From a virus (Duplodnaviria; Caudoviricetes): a stretch of 35,961 nt of DNA. The stretch lies in IMG/VR virus record IMGVR_UViG_3300020042_000895, positions 1 to 35,961 of that record; one strand, written 5' to 3'. The notes under the pieces are model-generated. The model did no database searches and had not been told where the DNA came from. It saw nothing but the letters and a program-made list of their open reading frames with translations. Both the position numbers and the translations under genes were made by a program. The stretch's first letter is position 1. The number at the start of each line of letters is the position of its first letter. Below, piece after piece: positions 8,106 through 17,939 of the stretch.

Positions 8106-8696
8106 TTAAGGTTTAGCGGAAGGGGAGCTAGTCTCCCTTTTCTTTCCGTCAAATACATCACTAGCTAGTTCACCCTTCAATACTCTTCCTGCTTTTTCCA
8201 CAAATGTCTCGTTACTAGTAACAGGTTGTTGCTGTTGTGATTGTGCAGCAGTTTTCTTTTCCATATACGTAAACATTCTACCTAAGTAGTTACGTGTCTC
8301 AGCAGACGGAGGTTCTTGTCCTGCTAATACAGCTTTCCCTGCCTTAGTACCACCATTGTAAGCAGATACAGCAGCTTTTACATTGCCATTATATTGCTTA
8401 AGTAAGTCTCTGAAATACATTCCTGCAGCGTTTATAGAAGCTCTAGGATCATTATAGTCATGCTCATATGTTTTCCTAGTAGCGTCCATAAACTGCATTA
8501 CACCTTTAGCACCTTTAGGAGACACTTGTCCTGTCTGTGTACGCTCACCTGCATTCTTTACAGCCTCTATAAGCCCCGAAGGGAGTTGATAGCGTTCTTC
8601 TACAGCAGAAGCAAAGCTATCAAGTCTAGGATCATTATATTTAATCTTAGCTAGTTCTTGGGGGGATAATGTATTAAGTTCTGTCCAATCAGCCAT
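8106..8696 (-). CDS. Lytic transglycosylase (SLT family), probably virion-associated
   Basis: AVKNAGER (putative catalytic Glu), SPKGAKGVMQFM and AYNGG. The likely start is ATG 8696 with an AGGA RBS. Confidence 0.9.
   Translation of the reverse strand: MADWTELNTLSPQELAKIKYNDPRLDSFASAVEERYQLPSGLIEAVKNAGERTQTGQVSPKGAKGVMQFMDATRKTYEHDYNDPRASINAAGMYFRDLLKQYNGNVKAAVSAYNGGTKAGKAVLAGQEPPSAETRNYLGRMFTYMEKKTAAQSQQQQPVTSNETFVEKAGRVLKGELASDVFDGKKRETSSPSAKP
8117..8148 (+). terminator. Intrinsic terminator of the replication arm (possibly bidirectional)
   Basis: AGGGGAG-CTAGT-CTCCCTT followed by TTCTTT, about 40 nt after the last + gene, at the point where the arms converge. Confidence 0.75.
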
Positions 8697-8703
8697 GTTA
8701 TTC

Positions 8704-11220
8704 CTATCGGTTTGGTTGTAGAGTGTAGAACCAATTTTTATCAGTAGTAGTGCTGCCAGTAGAAGTAGTAGTCGCACTAGGTTCTCCTTGCTCAATGAAT
8801 GGAGATTTACCTGCCGCTATTCTAGTTCTAGCATGTGCTACAGCTTTATCTACAATAGCTTTAGATGGTTTCCTATCATTTTTTATATCATCTAATAGTT
8901 GTGTTTGCTCTTGTTTTGTTAGAGTAGGGACAATAGTTGGGATAAGTTGTTCTTTACCATCAAAATTAACGGTTATTGAGTATTCTGTAGCTACGCTATT
9001 AGTTCCGGGGACTTTTAATTCTCCTAACCAACCAATACTTTTACTAGTTCCATCGGGACGATTACCGTAATTAGGTGTAGATGCCTGAGTGTTATATGCT
9101 TCTACAAATCTTTGTGCCATAGCTTTACGTTCTGTTGCACTAGCAGTAGCTGCAATAGTTACAACATCATTAAATTCTCTAGTTGCTTTTACAATAGCTT
9201 CATTAGACAAGGTAGTTGCTACAGAAGGTCTAGCTTTAGGTACAGGCATTGTAGTCATACCTGTTCTCGATGTAGGTACTTTACCTTGTGGTGTTGTTCC
9301 TTCTAACAATCCTTTAGGAGCAACATAAGCAGGATTAGCTTCTAATACTGGTACAACATAGCCATCATTATTAACCTGCATTTTTATTAATGACTGTGCA
9401 TTACCCTTACTATCTTTAGGCATATCTACAGCTTTAGCTACTGTTTTAGTCTTATAAATAATACCACTAGCTGTAGCTAATTGACCTTGTGGATTTAACA
9501 CATTTTCAATAACTTTATTAACATTAGTTAAATACGATGCTTTAATACCTTCAGGCATATTATTGATAGCTGCTTTAAGGTCTGCCTCATCTTTTAATAC
9601 AGAAACAGCACGTGGACCTCTATCTTTTAAAGCAGTTTCAGTATAAGCAGATATTGCATTAGCATCTTCTTGTGTAGCAGATTCTTTACCTAGTGCTAAT
9701 TTTTTAACGGCAGTACGACCTACAAACTCAGCAGTTTCAGAAATTACTTTTTTCTCGTTAATATCATTAGAAGTAGGATTTGTTCCATCAGTAACTATAC
9801 TTTTTTCTGTATTGGTAATAAAATTTGCAGTTTTACTTCCAAGTAAGGATTGTGCTTGATTTGCTGCCCCAACAATACTTGACATAGTATTATTAATCAT
9901 AGTATATGTGTCTGGATATCGTTCTTTAAGAACTTCTTTTTGAGCAGGATCAAACCACATTGGCATGTATTTTTGACCTCCAAAAGTAGTATAAACTTTA
10001 CTATTTATATCCGCAATTTCTAAAGCATTTTTTAACTGCCCTTGTTTACTAGTTGTAAGATTTTCTAATATAGTTACAGCCATCATGCTGTCTGTGCTAT
10101 CTAAATTCTTTATAAAATCATCTTGTTGTTTAACCAATCTTTGTACGTATTGATCTACATTTGGAGCACCTTGTGCAGTGAGTCTAGCTCTTAAATCTAT
10201 AATACTTGCTTCAAAACTATTTCTAACGGCAGACTTAAGTTGTGCTATTACTGGAATAAGTTCTTCTTTAGCTCCAGATAATTTAGCTAAATCCCAAACA
10301 CCATTAGGGTCTTTATACGCTTGTATTTTTTTAATAATAGCTTCATATTGTTTATCATTTTGTACTATTGTTTTACTAGCAGAAACAAACGCATTTACTC
10401 CTGCTAGATTAGTCATTTGCTCTGCGTCTATTCCTTTAACTGCCATTTGAGTATCTATTGATTTTTTAATAGCGTCTGCTTCTTTAAGTTTTTGCACTTT
10501 TATAATAGAATTAGAAGCTTGACCAGATACAACAGCCCTAAAAGCAGTTAGCTCATCACCATATTCTCCATATTCAACAAGTCTTTTAGCTGTATCTACT
10601 TGTAGTGCTTTTTCTTGTTTAGCTTGTTCTATAGCTAAAGTTCTACTCTGCACTTGCATATTCATTTGTTGTTCTAAATATGTTTGATATGCAAAGTCAT
10701 CAGCATTCTTAATGCCTGTAAGTTGACCTACTTGCTGCCTAATTTCATCAGCACGACCGGGGAATTGTGCTATCCACTGCTTAGTTAAAGTCTGTACATT
10801 ACCTAAATATCTTTGTAATGAAATTTGTTTTTGAGCAAGGGCTTCTTCAAGTCTAGAAGTTTCTTCAGTATATTTAGAAATAACGTCATCTTGTGCTTTA
10901 ATTTTATTTATTTGACCGCCATCAAGAACACCACCAAGAAGCTTGTTTTTTTCTTCTCTTGCTTGTTGTGTAGCTTGTTGTGCTTGAATAAGTTGTTGTT
11001 TAGCTCCAAACTGAGTGAATGCTTCTTTATTCTCTCTCAGTTTTTGTTCCATATCAACATCTTTAACAGCAGTAAATGTCTGTGCAGCCAATCCACCAAG
11101 AAAACTTATAGCTCCTGCAGTGTTTTTACCACCTTGTACAATAGCATTAACTGCAGAAGTATAGTCTGCACTAGCAACTGGAGCTGGAGCACCCATATCA
11201 ACACCAAAAATATTAGCCAT
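8704..11220 (-). CDS. Internal virion (ejection) protein, 838 aa
   Basis: Helical, Gln/Ala-rich protein located after the tail genes in the internal-protein cluster, with a distinct C-terminal domain. Confidence 0.7.
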   Translation of the reverse strand: MANIFGVDMGAPAPVASADYTSAVNAIVQGGKNTAGAISFLGGLAAQTFTAVKDVDMEQKLRENKEAFTQFGAKQQLIQAQQATQQAREEKNKLLGGVLDGGQINKIKAQDDVISKYTEETSRLEEALAQKQISLQRYLGNVQTLTKQWIAQFPGRADEIRQQVGQLTGIKNADDFAYQTYLEQQMNMQVQSRTLAIEQAKQEKALQVDTAKRLVEYGEYGDELTAFRAVVSGQASNSIIKVQKLKEADAIKKSIDTQMAVKGIDAEQMTNLAGVNAFVSASKTIVQNDKQYEAIIKKIQAYKDPNGVWDLAKLSGAKEELIPVIAQLKSAVRNSFEASIIDLRARLTAQGAPNVDQYVQRLVKQQDDFIKNLDSTDSMMAVTILENLTTSKQGQLKNALEIADINSKVYTTFGGQKYMPMWFDPAQKEVLKERYPDTYTMINNTMSSIVGAANQAQSLLGSKTANFITNTEKSIVTDGTNPTSNDINEKKVISETAEFVGRTAVKKLALGKESATQEDANAISAYTETALKDRGPRAVSVLKDEADLKAAINNMPEGIKASYLTNVNKVIENVLNPQGQLATASGIIYKTKTVAKAVDMPKDSKGNAQSLIKMQVNNDGYVVPVLEANPAYVAPKGLLEGTTPQGKVPTSRTGMTTMPVPKARPSVATTLSNEAIVKATREFNDVVTIAATASATERKAMAQRFVEAYNTQASTPNYGNRPDGTSKSIGWLGELKVPGTNSVATEYSITVNFDGKEQLIPTIVPTLTKQEQTQLLDDIKNDRKPSKAIVDKAVAHARTRIAAGKSPFIEQGEPSATTTSTGSTTTDKNWFYTLQPNR

Positions 11221-14200
11221 TATTTAACCTCTGTTGGATTGTTATTAGTAACAAGTGCTTTTCTACCTTGGAAATTATTTAACATATTGTCTGTTAATAA
11301 TTTATGTACAGCACTGTCAGTGAAATCAAGTCTACTTTGTTCAAAAATGTAGTTGTAGTCTTCTACAGACATACCCCTAGTTAAGGAGTTTAAAATACCT
11401 ATGTATTTTTCAGCACTTTCTTTATCACCTGCTTTTAAAGACTCCATAGTTTTAAGCTGCATATTTTTATAAGTAACTACAATTCTATCTAAAGACTTTT
11501 TATGTTCTTGTCTGCTTTCAGTCATTCTATAAAAGTCTGCTACTTCAGCAGGAGGAATACCTATAGCTTGAAAATATATTTCTCCATTACTTGCTTTAGC
11601 AATAGGTTCTTTAGCTTTAGACATAATAAAGTTATGGTTATTGTGTGCTATAAGAGCCTTGTCTAAATTAGACAGTGTACTTACAGAACTAACACCTAAC
11701 ATATACATTGTGTCTTGTAATGTATCTATACCTATATCAGGATCATGCATCCATAACATTCCTATTTCTCTAAAGCCTTGTATACGTGCAAATGTATTTG
11801 ATGTTGGTCCTAATACAAGTTCTAATGCAGACTTCTTGCCTGTAACCATATCTTTTACAAACTCTTTATAGAAGTCAAATGTATTAAATCGTTCACCAAA
11901 TGCTATTTCTGTACGTTCTCCTGTAGTCATTAAACTACCAGAGTTAATAAGACCTGCTATAAGTCCTTCAGTCAAGTACAAGCGTTGTTCTCTACTAAGC
12001 TCTAAACTTTCCATACCAGAGCCTATCATCTCTTCCACTGCATCTGGAAAACCATTATTAGCCATTCCATATAATGCTAAATGACCAAACATAATTGAGA
12101 ATGCTTCTTTACGAGTAAATGCTTTGCTATTGCCTGTCATAGCAGTTAATAGGTTAGCACCAAGCTTTAAGTTGTATTGCAAAAACTGTGCGGGTATAGA
12201 CAAAAATCCTTTTTGGAAAAATGCTGTGTTTGCTTTAGTCATGTTACTAGTAAGATCATCTTGACGAGCAATAATCTTATTTAAACCTTCATCAGTCCAC
12301 CAAGCAATACCTTGATTGTCTCTAATAAATTCTCTACGTGCTACATCAAAAGATGTAATACGAGCAAACTCTTCACCTCTATTAAAGAAGAATGCACTAG
12401 CCTCACTTAAAGAAGATGTTTTAGAAAATATATTAAATCTACCATCTTCAATGTTATACAAACTTGTACTACGAATGCCATCAATTAAACCACTCTTACG
12501 AATAGCTCTAACAGTTTCTACAAAGTCTTCTGTCTTTTCAAATCCTGCAGATGTAGCTTTAGCAAGCTTACCAAAGTTTTTCCACACTTCTTCATTATCA
12601 CTCATAAGAGCCATACGAATAAATGGTGTGTTCTTAGCAGCTACAAGTCCATAAACAGGATGAATTGAAATAGCATTAACCATACCTTGTGCTTGTGTTA
12701 AAAGCTGTACAGGGTTTAGTGCTCCCAACATAGAATGGAAGTTAATTGTACGTAGTAAACCTAACGAGTCTGCATTACGTAACTTAGCACCTATTACTTC
12801 TAGTTTAGGAAATCTTTGTTCTGCCCACTCAGTAAACTTACGTGTAAATCCTTCGTACAATTGTTCTTCTTTAGTACGTAAACCAAGTTGGTCTTTAATG
12901 TAGTTTTCTGTACGTTGTGCAAACAACTGGCGTTTATCTAAGCCAATGTATTTACCACGTTCACTAGCAGCAAAGAATGCTTCTACAGGAGATAACTTTT
13001 GTATCTCTGGTGTTAAAGTATCGTAAAATTCATTGTGCCAACGTATAATGCTCGTGTCTCTCCACTCAGTAATGTGAGATACTCTAGCAGTGTTAGTAAT
13101 TTCAGCTTGCAAGCTTTCTAATGCACCTAGTGTATTGCTACGATCACCTTTGTCTACCTTACCAAGTCTTTGGCCTCTACTTTTTGTAAAGCCTTCTGTG
13201 CCTTGTGCAAAGCGTGTATAGTCTCTTAAATAATCGTCTTCACTTCTATTGTAATTATCGATAGCACTAGGATTGTCACCAAACTCACCATTGTCTAGCT
13301 TACGAATAAACTCACTAGCAGATTCATCAAATTGCTCCATCAGTTTACTAGCTGTAGATAAATCTAATTTACCTGCTTTATGTAAGTCTACAGCAGTATT
13401 AAATGCTTTTACATACTCTTGTGCCTCTCTACGACTACGAGCAGTTTTATAAGCATATTGTTCTACTTCTTCTATTTCATCTACATTTACAGAATGTTTA
13501 ACTTTAATAAAATACTGGTCGTCATATATACGGCTAAACTCACCTTGACGATATGGTATAACTGTTTGTATACGTGATTCTTTTACATAACTAGGATGTG
13601 CTAACACACGTTTAGTATGTCTACCTTTTTCAACATCTAAAGAATCAAAATACTCAAACACTTGCATTTCAGGATTCTTAGAAATATAATCATCCGATAC
13701 TACTCTAAATGTCTGTGTATTTGTGTCATACACTTGCTTACCTCTAAAGTCTGCTAAGTTTACTTTCTTAGCAAAACCATGTATAGGTGTTAATGTTTCT
13801 GCATCGCCAATAGCAAAGGATACTGTTACGTTTTTATATCCTCTATTACGTAAACTCTTAGAAGCTTCACCATCACGTAACATGTGCATAACATTACGAG
13901 CAGTTCTAAACTTTTGATAAGCAGCTATTTCATTCTTAGACATGTGCTTACCAATTAGTTCTACTTCAGTAAACTCTGTAGAGATAGCATCGCCTTCTGT
14001 TAATACAGATACAACACGTTTACGTTCAGCTTTACTAAGCTTTGTAAAATCACCTTTAACAAATTCAGATAATAGTTTACGTATACGTGCTTCTCTATGT
14101 ACACCAACAACCATATTTTCATATAGCTGAGAAGATGTACCTAGTTTAGGATCAATAGCTACAGTAGCAATACTATCTATATCTTCTGCTGTAAATCCTT

Positions 14201-17042
14201 TTAATGCTGTATAGTCAATGTCTTTTTCTAATGTATGGCGAACTAAATAGCCACCGACAATGCCATCGTCAGCACGTTCCATATCAGCAATCTTTTCATC
14301 AATTGCAGATAGTTCGTCAGATAATTTTTCCCGTTTAGAAACTTTAGTTGCAGGACTTAACAACAAGTCTTCTGTATTTTTAATTATGGCAGATATAGGT
14401 TGCTTAGAATGTACTTTAATAGCGTTAATGTGCGTCTGCATAAACTCCGCTACAGATTCTGATGACAGTCCTTTATAGTCTGGATAGCTACGTCTAATAT
14501 ACTCTACAATCTTTTTAACACCATCAGTAATGGCTTTAAATGCTTCACCTAGCATTGATGTAGGGATATCATTAGTCAATGACCACTTAGCAAAGTTCTC
14601 AGCAAACCACTCTTGATGTGACTTAAGCCACTTCTCCATGTGTGGGTTGTCTTTTAAATAGTTCTTAACATTCCAATTGTATTGCTTACCTACCAATGTT
14701 AATGACGATGCAGGACCATTACTACGCATGTCTAACAAGTCTTCCCAATCTGTAACTTTAGTTAGTTTAGGAATACCTTTAGTACCTAAGTAGTCATTAA
14801 ATAGTTTTTGTAATTGACCTGAATATTGTTTCTGGAACGTGTGTTCAAAGAAGTGACCATACTCATGTGAAAATGTTTCTACATATTTAGCAAGTTCTCT
14901 AGGAGTATTGCCACGCTTAATGAACATAGCAATAGTAGGAACACCATCATCAGATATAAAGAAAGCACCATTAGCTCCTTTAATTCCTTTAACATATTGA
15001 GCAGTAGCTTTATCAATATCGTTAATGTCAGCAACATCCATTACAGCTAGTCTATTATTCTTAAGACCTAGTAGTTCACCCATTCTATTGGCAAACATAT
15101 CTACTTCCATAGGAACATTACTAGTAATGGCTACATTGTCAGCCCTACGTACTCTCATAGATGTATCGTTAAACATCCATTCTACATTTTTATTACCTGT
15201 AGCTATAGACATACCTTCTCCAGTAGGAGAGGTAAATACTCGTCTAGGAGGAACTACAATAGTACCTGCATCTACATTGTCTACTACTTTAGCTTGTTCT
15301 TTTAAGAATGTTTTAATTCCTTGACCATGTGCTCTTATCTCTGTTTCAGATTTACCTGATACAGAAGAAGCCCAATCAATATATTTCTGGTCTGCTTTAC
15401 TCTTAGTTTTCTGTGCGCTTATGTAAGCTGCTTTATCAAAATCATCTTGGAAAGTTAAACTAAACTGATTACTACCAAATGCATACCTTGGTTTAGCTCC
15501 TGCAAGCTCTTTAGGGAGTTTATCAGATACAGTTGGTGTAGGGATAGCCACTGTAGGTTCTACAGCTTTAGCAGCCTTTCTAGGCTTTTTAGGTGCTTCT
15601 TTAGATAGTTCTGCTTCTATACGTAGCTTGTCTGCTTTTAAAGCGTCTATAGCAGCTTTATTGTTCACTAAAGTGACGTTAGCTGTATCAGCCACTACTT
15701 CAAAGCTTCCTTCTACATTACGCTTACCCCATGCTTCAGCAGCTTCTTTAGTTGTAAAGTTGACAGCATCAGCAGGTTTACGATAGAGTTCACCTACTAC
15801 TTTATTTGTATCAGCAGGAACAAAGTCAACACTAGCTACAGTTTTGTTAATAGCAGGATTGAATGTTTGTTTAACAGAATTAATAGCATCAGCTATTTCT
15901 CCAGTTTTAACATTCTGTGCTTTAGTAGTATCTTCTAAATCTTTTAACAGCTTCTCTGTATCTGCAATGAGTTTATCTTGTGCGCTAGACGCATGTGTGC
16001 TAACGCCTTTAGGCATTACTTTATCTATACCAGAAGACAATGTATCATCTATTGCAATAGCTTTATTAGTATTTAATGCACTATCATTTGTTTTAATTGT
16101 ATTAATAGCATCATCTGCTACAACATCTTTTCTACCGCCTTCAGCAGCCATGTTACGACCACTGGTAGACTTACGAAGTTTATTAGCAAGTTTTGCTTTA
16201 GCAAACTGCCCCATACCTACAACGTCAGCAGCTTGTCCTGCACGTTCAATAATGTCATTAACACTACGTGCTAGATCAGTAGAAGGTTCTACTAAGTCTT
16301 GTATGAATTGAGCAGCTTGCCATTTACTACCAAAGCCTGAAGACAACTCATTATATATAGCGTATATTTGTTTAGCTTGTTCTGATTCATCACCTAATGA
16401 TACAAGATATTTACGTAAAGCATCTATGTCTTCTGAGCGTGTTTGTCCTCTAGGTAGATTAGGTACACGTTTACGTACAGTGGATTCTAAACCAATACCT
16501 TGTACTGTACTAACCCCCGGAATAAATGCAGCAGCAATGCCACTAACAGCACTGTCTTCAGCATCATTACCTATCTTTTCTAATACTACAGACAACGCCC
16601 ACTTATTACCTAAATCAGTTGTTTTGTTTGCTAGTTTAACAGCATTGTTGTTTATAGAAGTATTAGGTTTAGATAAAGAAACATTTTCAGAAGCATACGT
16701 ACCTGCATAAGCAAGTTTCTCAATTACAGAAAGTTGTTCTTGAAGTTGTAACTGTCTATTAGTTGCTTCTATGTTTTGTACAGAATCGCCATTAAGTATT
16801 TGTGTACGTAAAATACCTTCTGTAAGTGCATTAGTATCTTTTCTAGCTACATCATAAGTTTTATTTGCTACATCAGATATGTTACTAGTAACGTCTGAAG
16901 AACCTTGTGTTGTGTTCTGCAGATTGTTAAGCATCTTGTTAGGTCTATTAATTGCTTGACGTAAGCTATCACTATCGTGTGCTTTCCAATCAGCATAGAT
17001 ATCCCCTGCAACTGTATCTTTCTTTTCGTAGATATCACTCAT
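11220..17042 (-). CDS. Large internal virion (ejection) protein, 1940 aa, with a zincin-like HExxH module
   Basis: Size and position are those of T7 gp15/gp16 analogues. It contains FSHEYGHFFEH and a downstream EWFAENF. Confidence 0.75.
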   Translation of the reverse strand: MSDIYEKKDTVAGDIYADWKAHDSDSLRQAINRPNKMLNNLQNTTQGSSDVTSNISDVANKTYDVARKDTNALTEGILRTQILNGDSVQNIEATNRQLQLQEQLSVIEKLAYAGTYASENVSLSKPNTSINNNAVKLANKTTDLGNKWALSVVLEKIGNDAEDSAVSGIAAAFIPGVSTVQGIGLESTVRKRVPNLPRGQTRSEDIDALRKYLVSLGDESEQAKQIYAIYNELSSGFGSKWQAAQFIQDLVEPSTDLARSVNDIIERAGQAADVVGMGQFAKAKLANKLRKSTSGRNMAAEGGRKDVVADDAINTIKTNDSALNTNKAIAIDDTLSSGIDKVMPKGVSTHASSAQDKLIADTEKLLKDLEDTTKAQNVKTGEIADAINSVKQTFNPAINKTVASVDFVPADTNKVVGELYRKPADAVNFTTKEAAEAWGKRNVEGSFEVVADTANVTLVNNKAAIDALKADKLRIEAELSKEAPKKPRKAAKAVEPTVAIPTPTVSDKLPKELAGAKPRYAFGSNQFSLTFQDDFDKAAYISAQKTKSKADQKYIDWASSVSGKSETEIRAHGQGIKTFLKEQAKVVDNVDAGTIVVPPRRVFTSPTGEGMSIATGNKNVEWMFNDTSMRVRRADNVAITSNVPMEVDMFANRMGELLGLKNNRLAVMDVADINDIDKATAQYVKGIKGANGAFFISDDGVPTIAMFIKRGNTPRELAKYVETFSHEYGHFFEHTFQKQYSGQLQKLFNDYLGTKGIPKLTKVTDWEDLLDMRSNGPASSLTLVGKQYNWNVKNYLKDNPHMEKWLKSHQEWFAENFAKWSLTNDIPTSMLGEAFKAITDGVKKIVEYIRRSYPDYKGLSSESVAEFMQTHINAIKVHSKQPISAIIKNTEDLLLSPATKVSKREKLSDELSAIDEKIADMERADDGIVGGYLVRHTLEKDIDYTALKGFTAEDIDSIATVAIDPKLGTSSQLYENMVVGVHREARIRKLLSEFVKGDFTKLSKAERKRVVSVLTEGDAISTEFTEVELIGKHMSKNEIAAYQKFRTARNVMHMLRDGEASKSLRNRGYKNVTVSFAIGDAETLTPIHGFAKKVNLADFRGKQVYDTNTQTFRVVSDDYISKNPEMQVFEYFDSLDVEKGRHTKRVLAHPSYVKESRIQTVIPYRQGEFSRIYDDQYFIKVKHSVNVDEIEEVEQYAYKTARSRREAQEYVKAFNTAVDLHKAGKLDLSTASKLMEQFDESASEFIRKLDNGEFGDNPSAIDNYNRSEDDYLRDYTRFAQGTEGFTKSRGQRLGKVDKGDRSNTLGALESLQAEITNTARVSHITEWRDTSIIRWHNEFYDTLTPEIQKLSPVEAFFAASERGKYIGLDKRQLFAQRTENYIKDQLGLRTKEEQLYEGFTRKFTEWAEQRFPKLEVIGAKLRNADSLGLLRTINFHSMLGALNPVQLLTQAQGMVNAISIHPVYGLVAAKNTPFIRMALMSDNEEVWKNFGKLAKATSAGFEKTEDFVETVRAIRKSGLIDGIRSTSLYNIEDGRFNIFSKTSSLSEASAFFFNRGEEFARITSFDVARREFIRDNQGIAWWTDEGLNKIIARQDDLTSNMTKANTAFFQKGFLSIPAQFLQYNLKLGANLLTAMTGNSKAFTRKEAFSIMFGHLALYGMANNGFPDAVEEMIGSGMESLELSREQRLYLTEGLIAGLINSGSLMTTGERTEIAFGERFNTFDFYKEFVKDMVTGKKSALELVLGPTSNTFARIQGFREIGMLWMHDPDIGIDTLQDTMYMLGVSSVSTLSNLDKALIAHNNHNFIMSKAKEPIAKASNGEIYFQAIGIPPAEVADFYRMTESRQEHKKSLDRIVVTYKNMQLKTMESLKAGDKESAEKYIGILNSLTRGMSVEDYNYIFEQSRLDFTDSAVHKLLTDNMLNNFQGRKALVTNNNPTEVK

Positions 17043-17518
17043 GTTGGATATACTTGTCCTGTTTTAGCGTAGTTAACAACACCTTTAACACCACCTGCAC
17101 TTGAGAAGATAGTTCCACTCAGTTGACCTACAGCACCCCAAATAGCTTGGTCTGCAGAAGCTTGAGCACCCATAAGCTGTGCTTGCCCCATTGCTGTATT
17201 CTGTGCTGCTATTTGTCCAACATATTGAACATTACTTGCAGTTTGACTAGCAATGCTAGATACACCACCCGCTAATGCACTGCCTCCTGCACCACCCATT
17301 TGATAGCCAGTGTTTTCCATTTGTGCTTTAGCAAGACGTTCTCTACGCACAGCCTCTCTCATAGAACGAACATTTTCTATGTCAGCTCTTCTTTGACTAG
17401 CTGCAAATTGTTGTTCACTAGCACGTTTCTGCTGTTTACCAGCTTCACGTTGTTCGTAAGCACTGTATCCTGTAGCAACAGCAGCAGTAGCTAATAAAAT
17501 AGTAGATATAGCAGCCAT
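17039..17518 (-). CDS. Small internal virion protein (T7 gp14-like)
   Basis: Hydrophobic Ala-rich N-terminus and Gln/Ala/Gly-rich helices; follows the GNAT-like gene. Confidence 0.7.
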   Translation of the reverse strand: MAAISTILLATAAVATGYSAYEQREAGKQQKRASEQQFAASQRRADIENVRSMREAVRRERLAKAQMENTGYQMGGAGGSALAGGVSSIASQTASNVQYVGQIAAQNTAMGQAQLMGAQASADQAIWGAVGQLSGTIFSSAGGVKGVVNYAKTGQVYPT

Positions 17519-17519
17519 T

Positions 17520-17939
17520 TTATTTCCTTATATAAGTTAATTCTTTTATTGAATAGCCTAATTTAGCTAAAGTATCTTGTTTAATATTTGTTTCTGGTAG
17601 TATAGAAATAGATATTGTCGTTCCTTCTGGTGCTTTACTTTCTAAATGTCTTAGTAGTTTAATACCTACAGATGTATTTCTATACTCTGGTTCTACCCAC
17701 CAAAACACTTCTTGAAAAAATAATTGCTTTCTATTCCATATTGTAGGAGAAACTATAGCTGCAGCACCCCCTACAACTTCTCCATTTATTTCTGCTAATA
17801 TAAATACACCTTTATCTATTACCATGTTAAGTGTATCCATAATAGATTCTATATCCCAATCTAAACCGTAAAAATCTACAAAATGTTTAGCACAAGTTAA
17901 ACACTTACCAACATCGTCATGAGTAGCATTTCTAAACAT
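17520..17939 (-). CDS. GNAT-fold acetyltransferase-like protein in the tail module
   Basis: ILAEINGEVVG...WWVEPEYRNTSVGIKLL...KLGY. The likely start is ATG 17939. Confidence 0.85.
   Translation of the reverse strand: MFRNATHDDVGKCLTCAKHFVDFYGLDWDIESIMDTLNMVIDKGVFILAEINGEVVGGAAAIVSPTIWNRKQLFFQEVFWWVEPEYRNTSVGIKLLRHLESKAPEGTTISISILPETNIKQDTLAKLGYSIKELTYIRK

Noticed and set aside
8079-8160. tRNA, ribozyme or riboswitch at the arm junction
   Set aside because: I recognised no cloverleaf or conserved ribozyme/riboswitch core. Terminator hairpins explain the structure.
8574-8585. CCC-TTCG-GGG tetraloop hairpin on the minus strand within the transglycosylase gene
   Set aside because: The stem is only 3-4 bp, which is compatible with chance.
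8697-8795. Signal-anchor-like N-terminal extension (LLLLLAALLLI) on the transglycosylase, or a frameshift fusion with the upstream gene
   Set aside because: The Leu run is the shifted reading of the upstream gene's ACT Thr codons. A good RBS and ATG exist at 8696, and I saw no canonical slippery heptamer.
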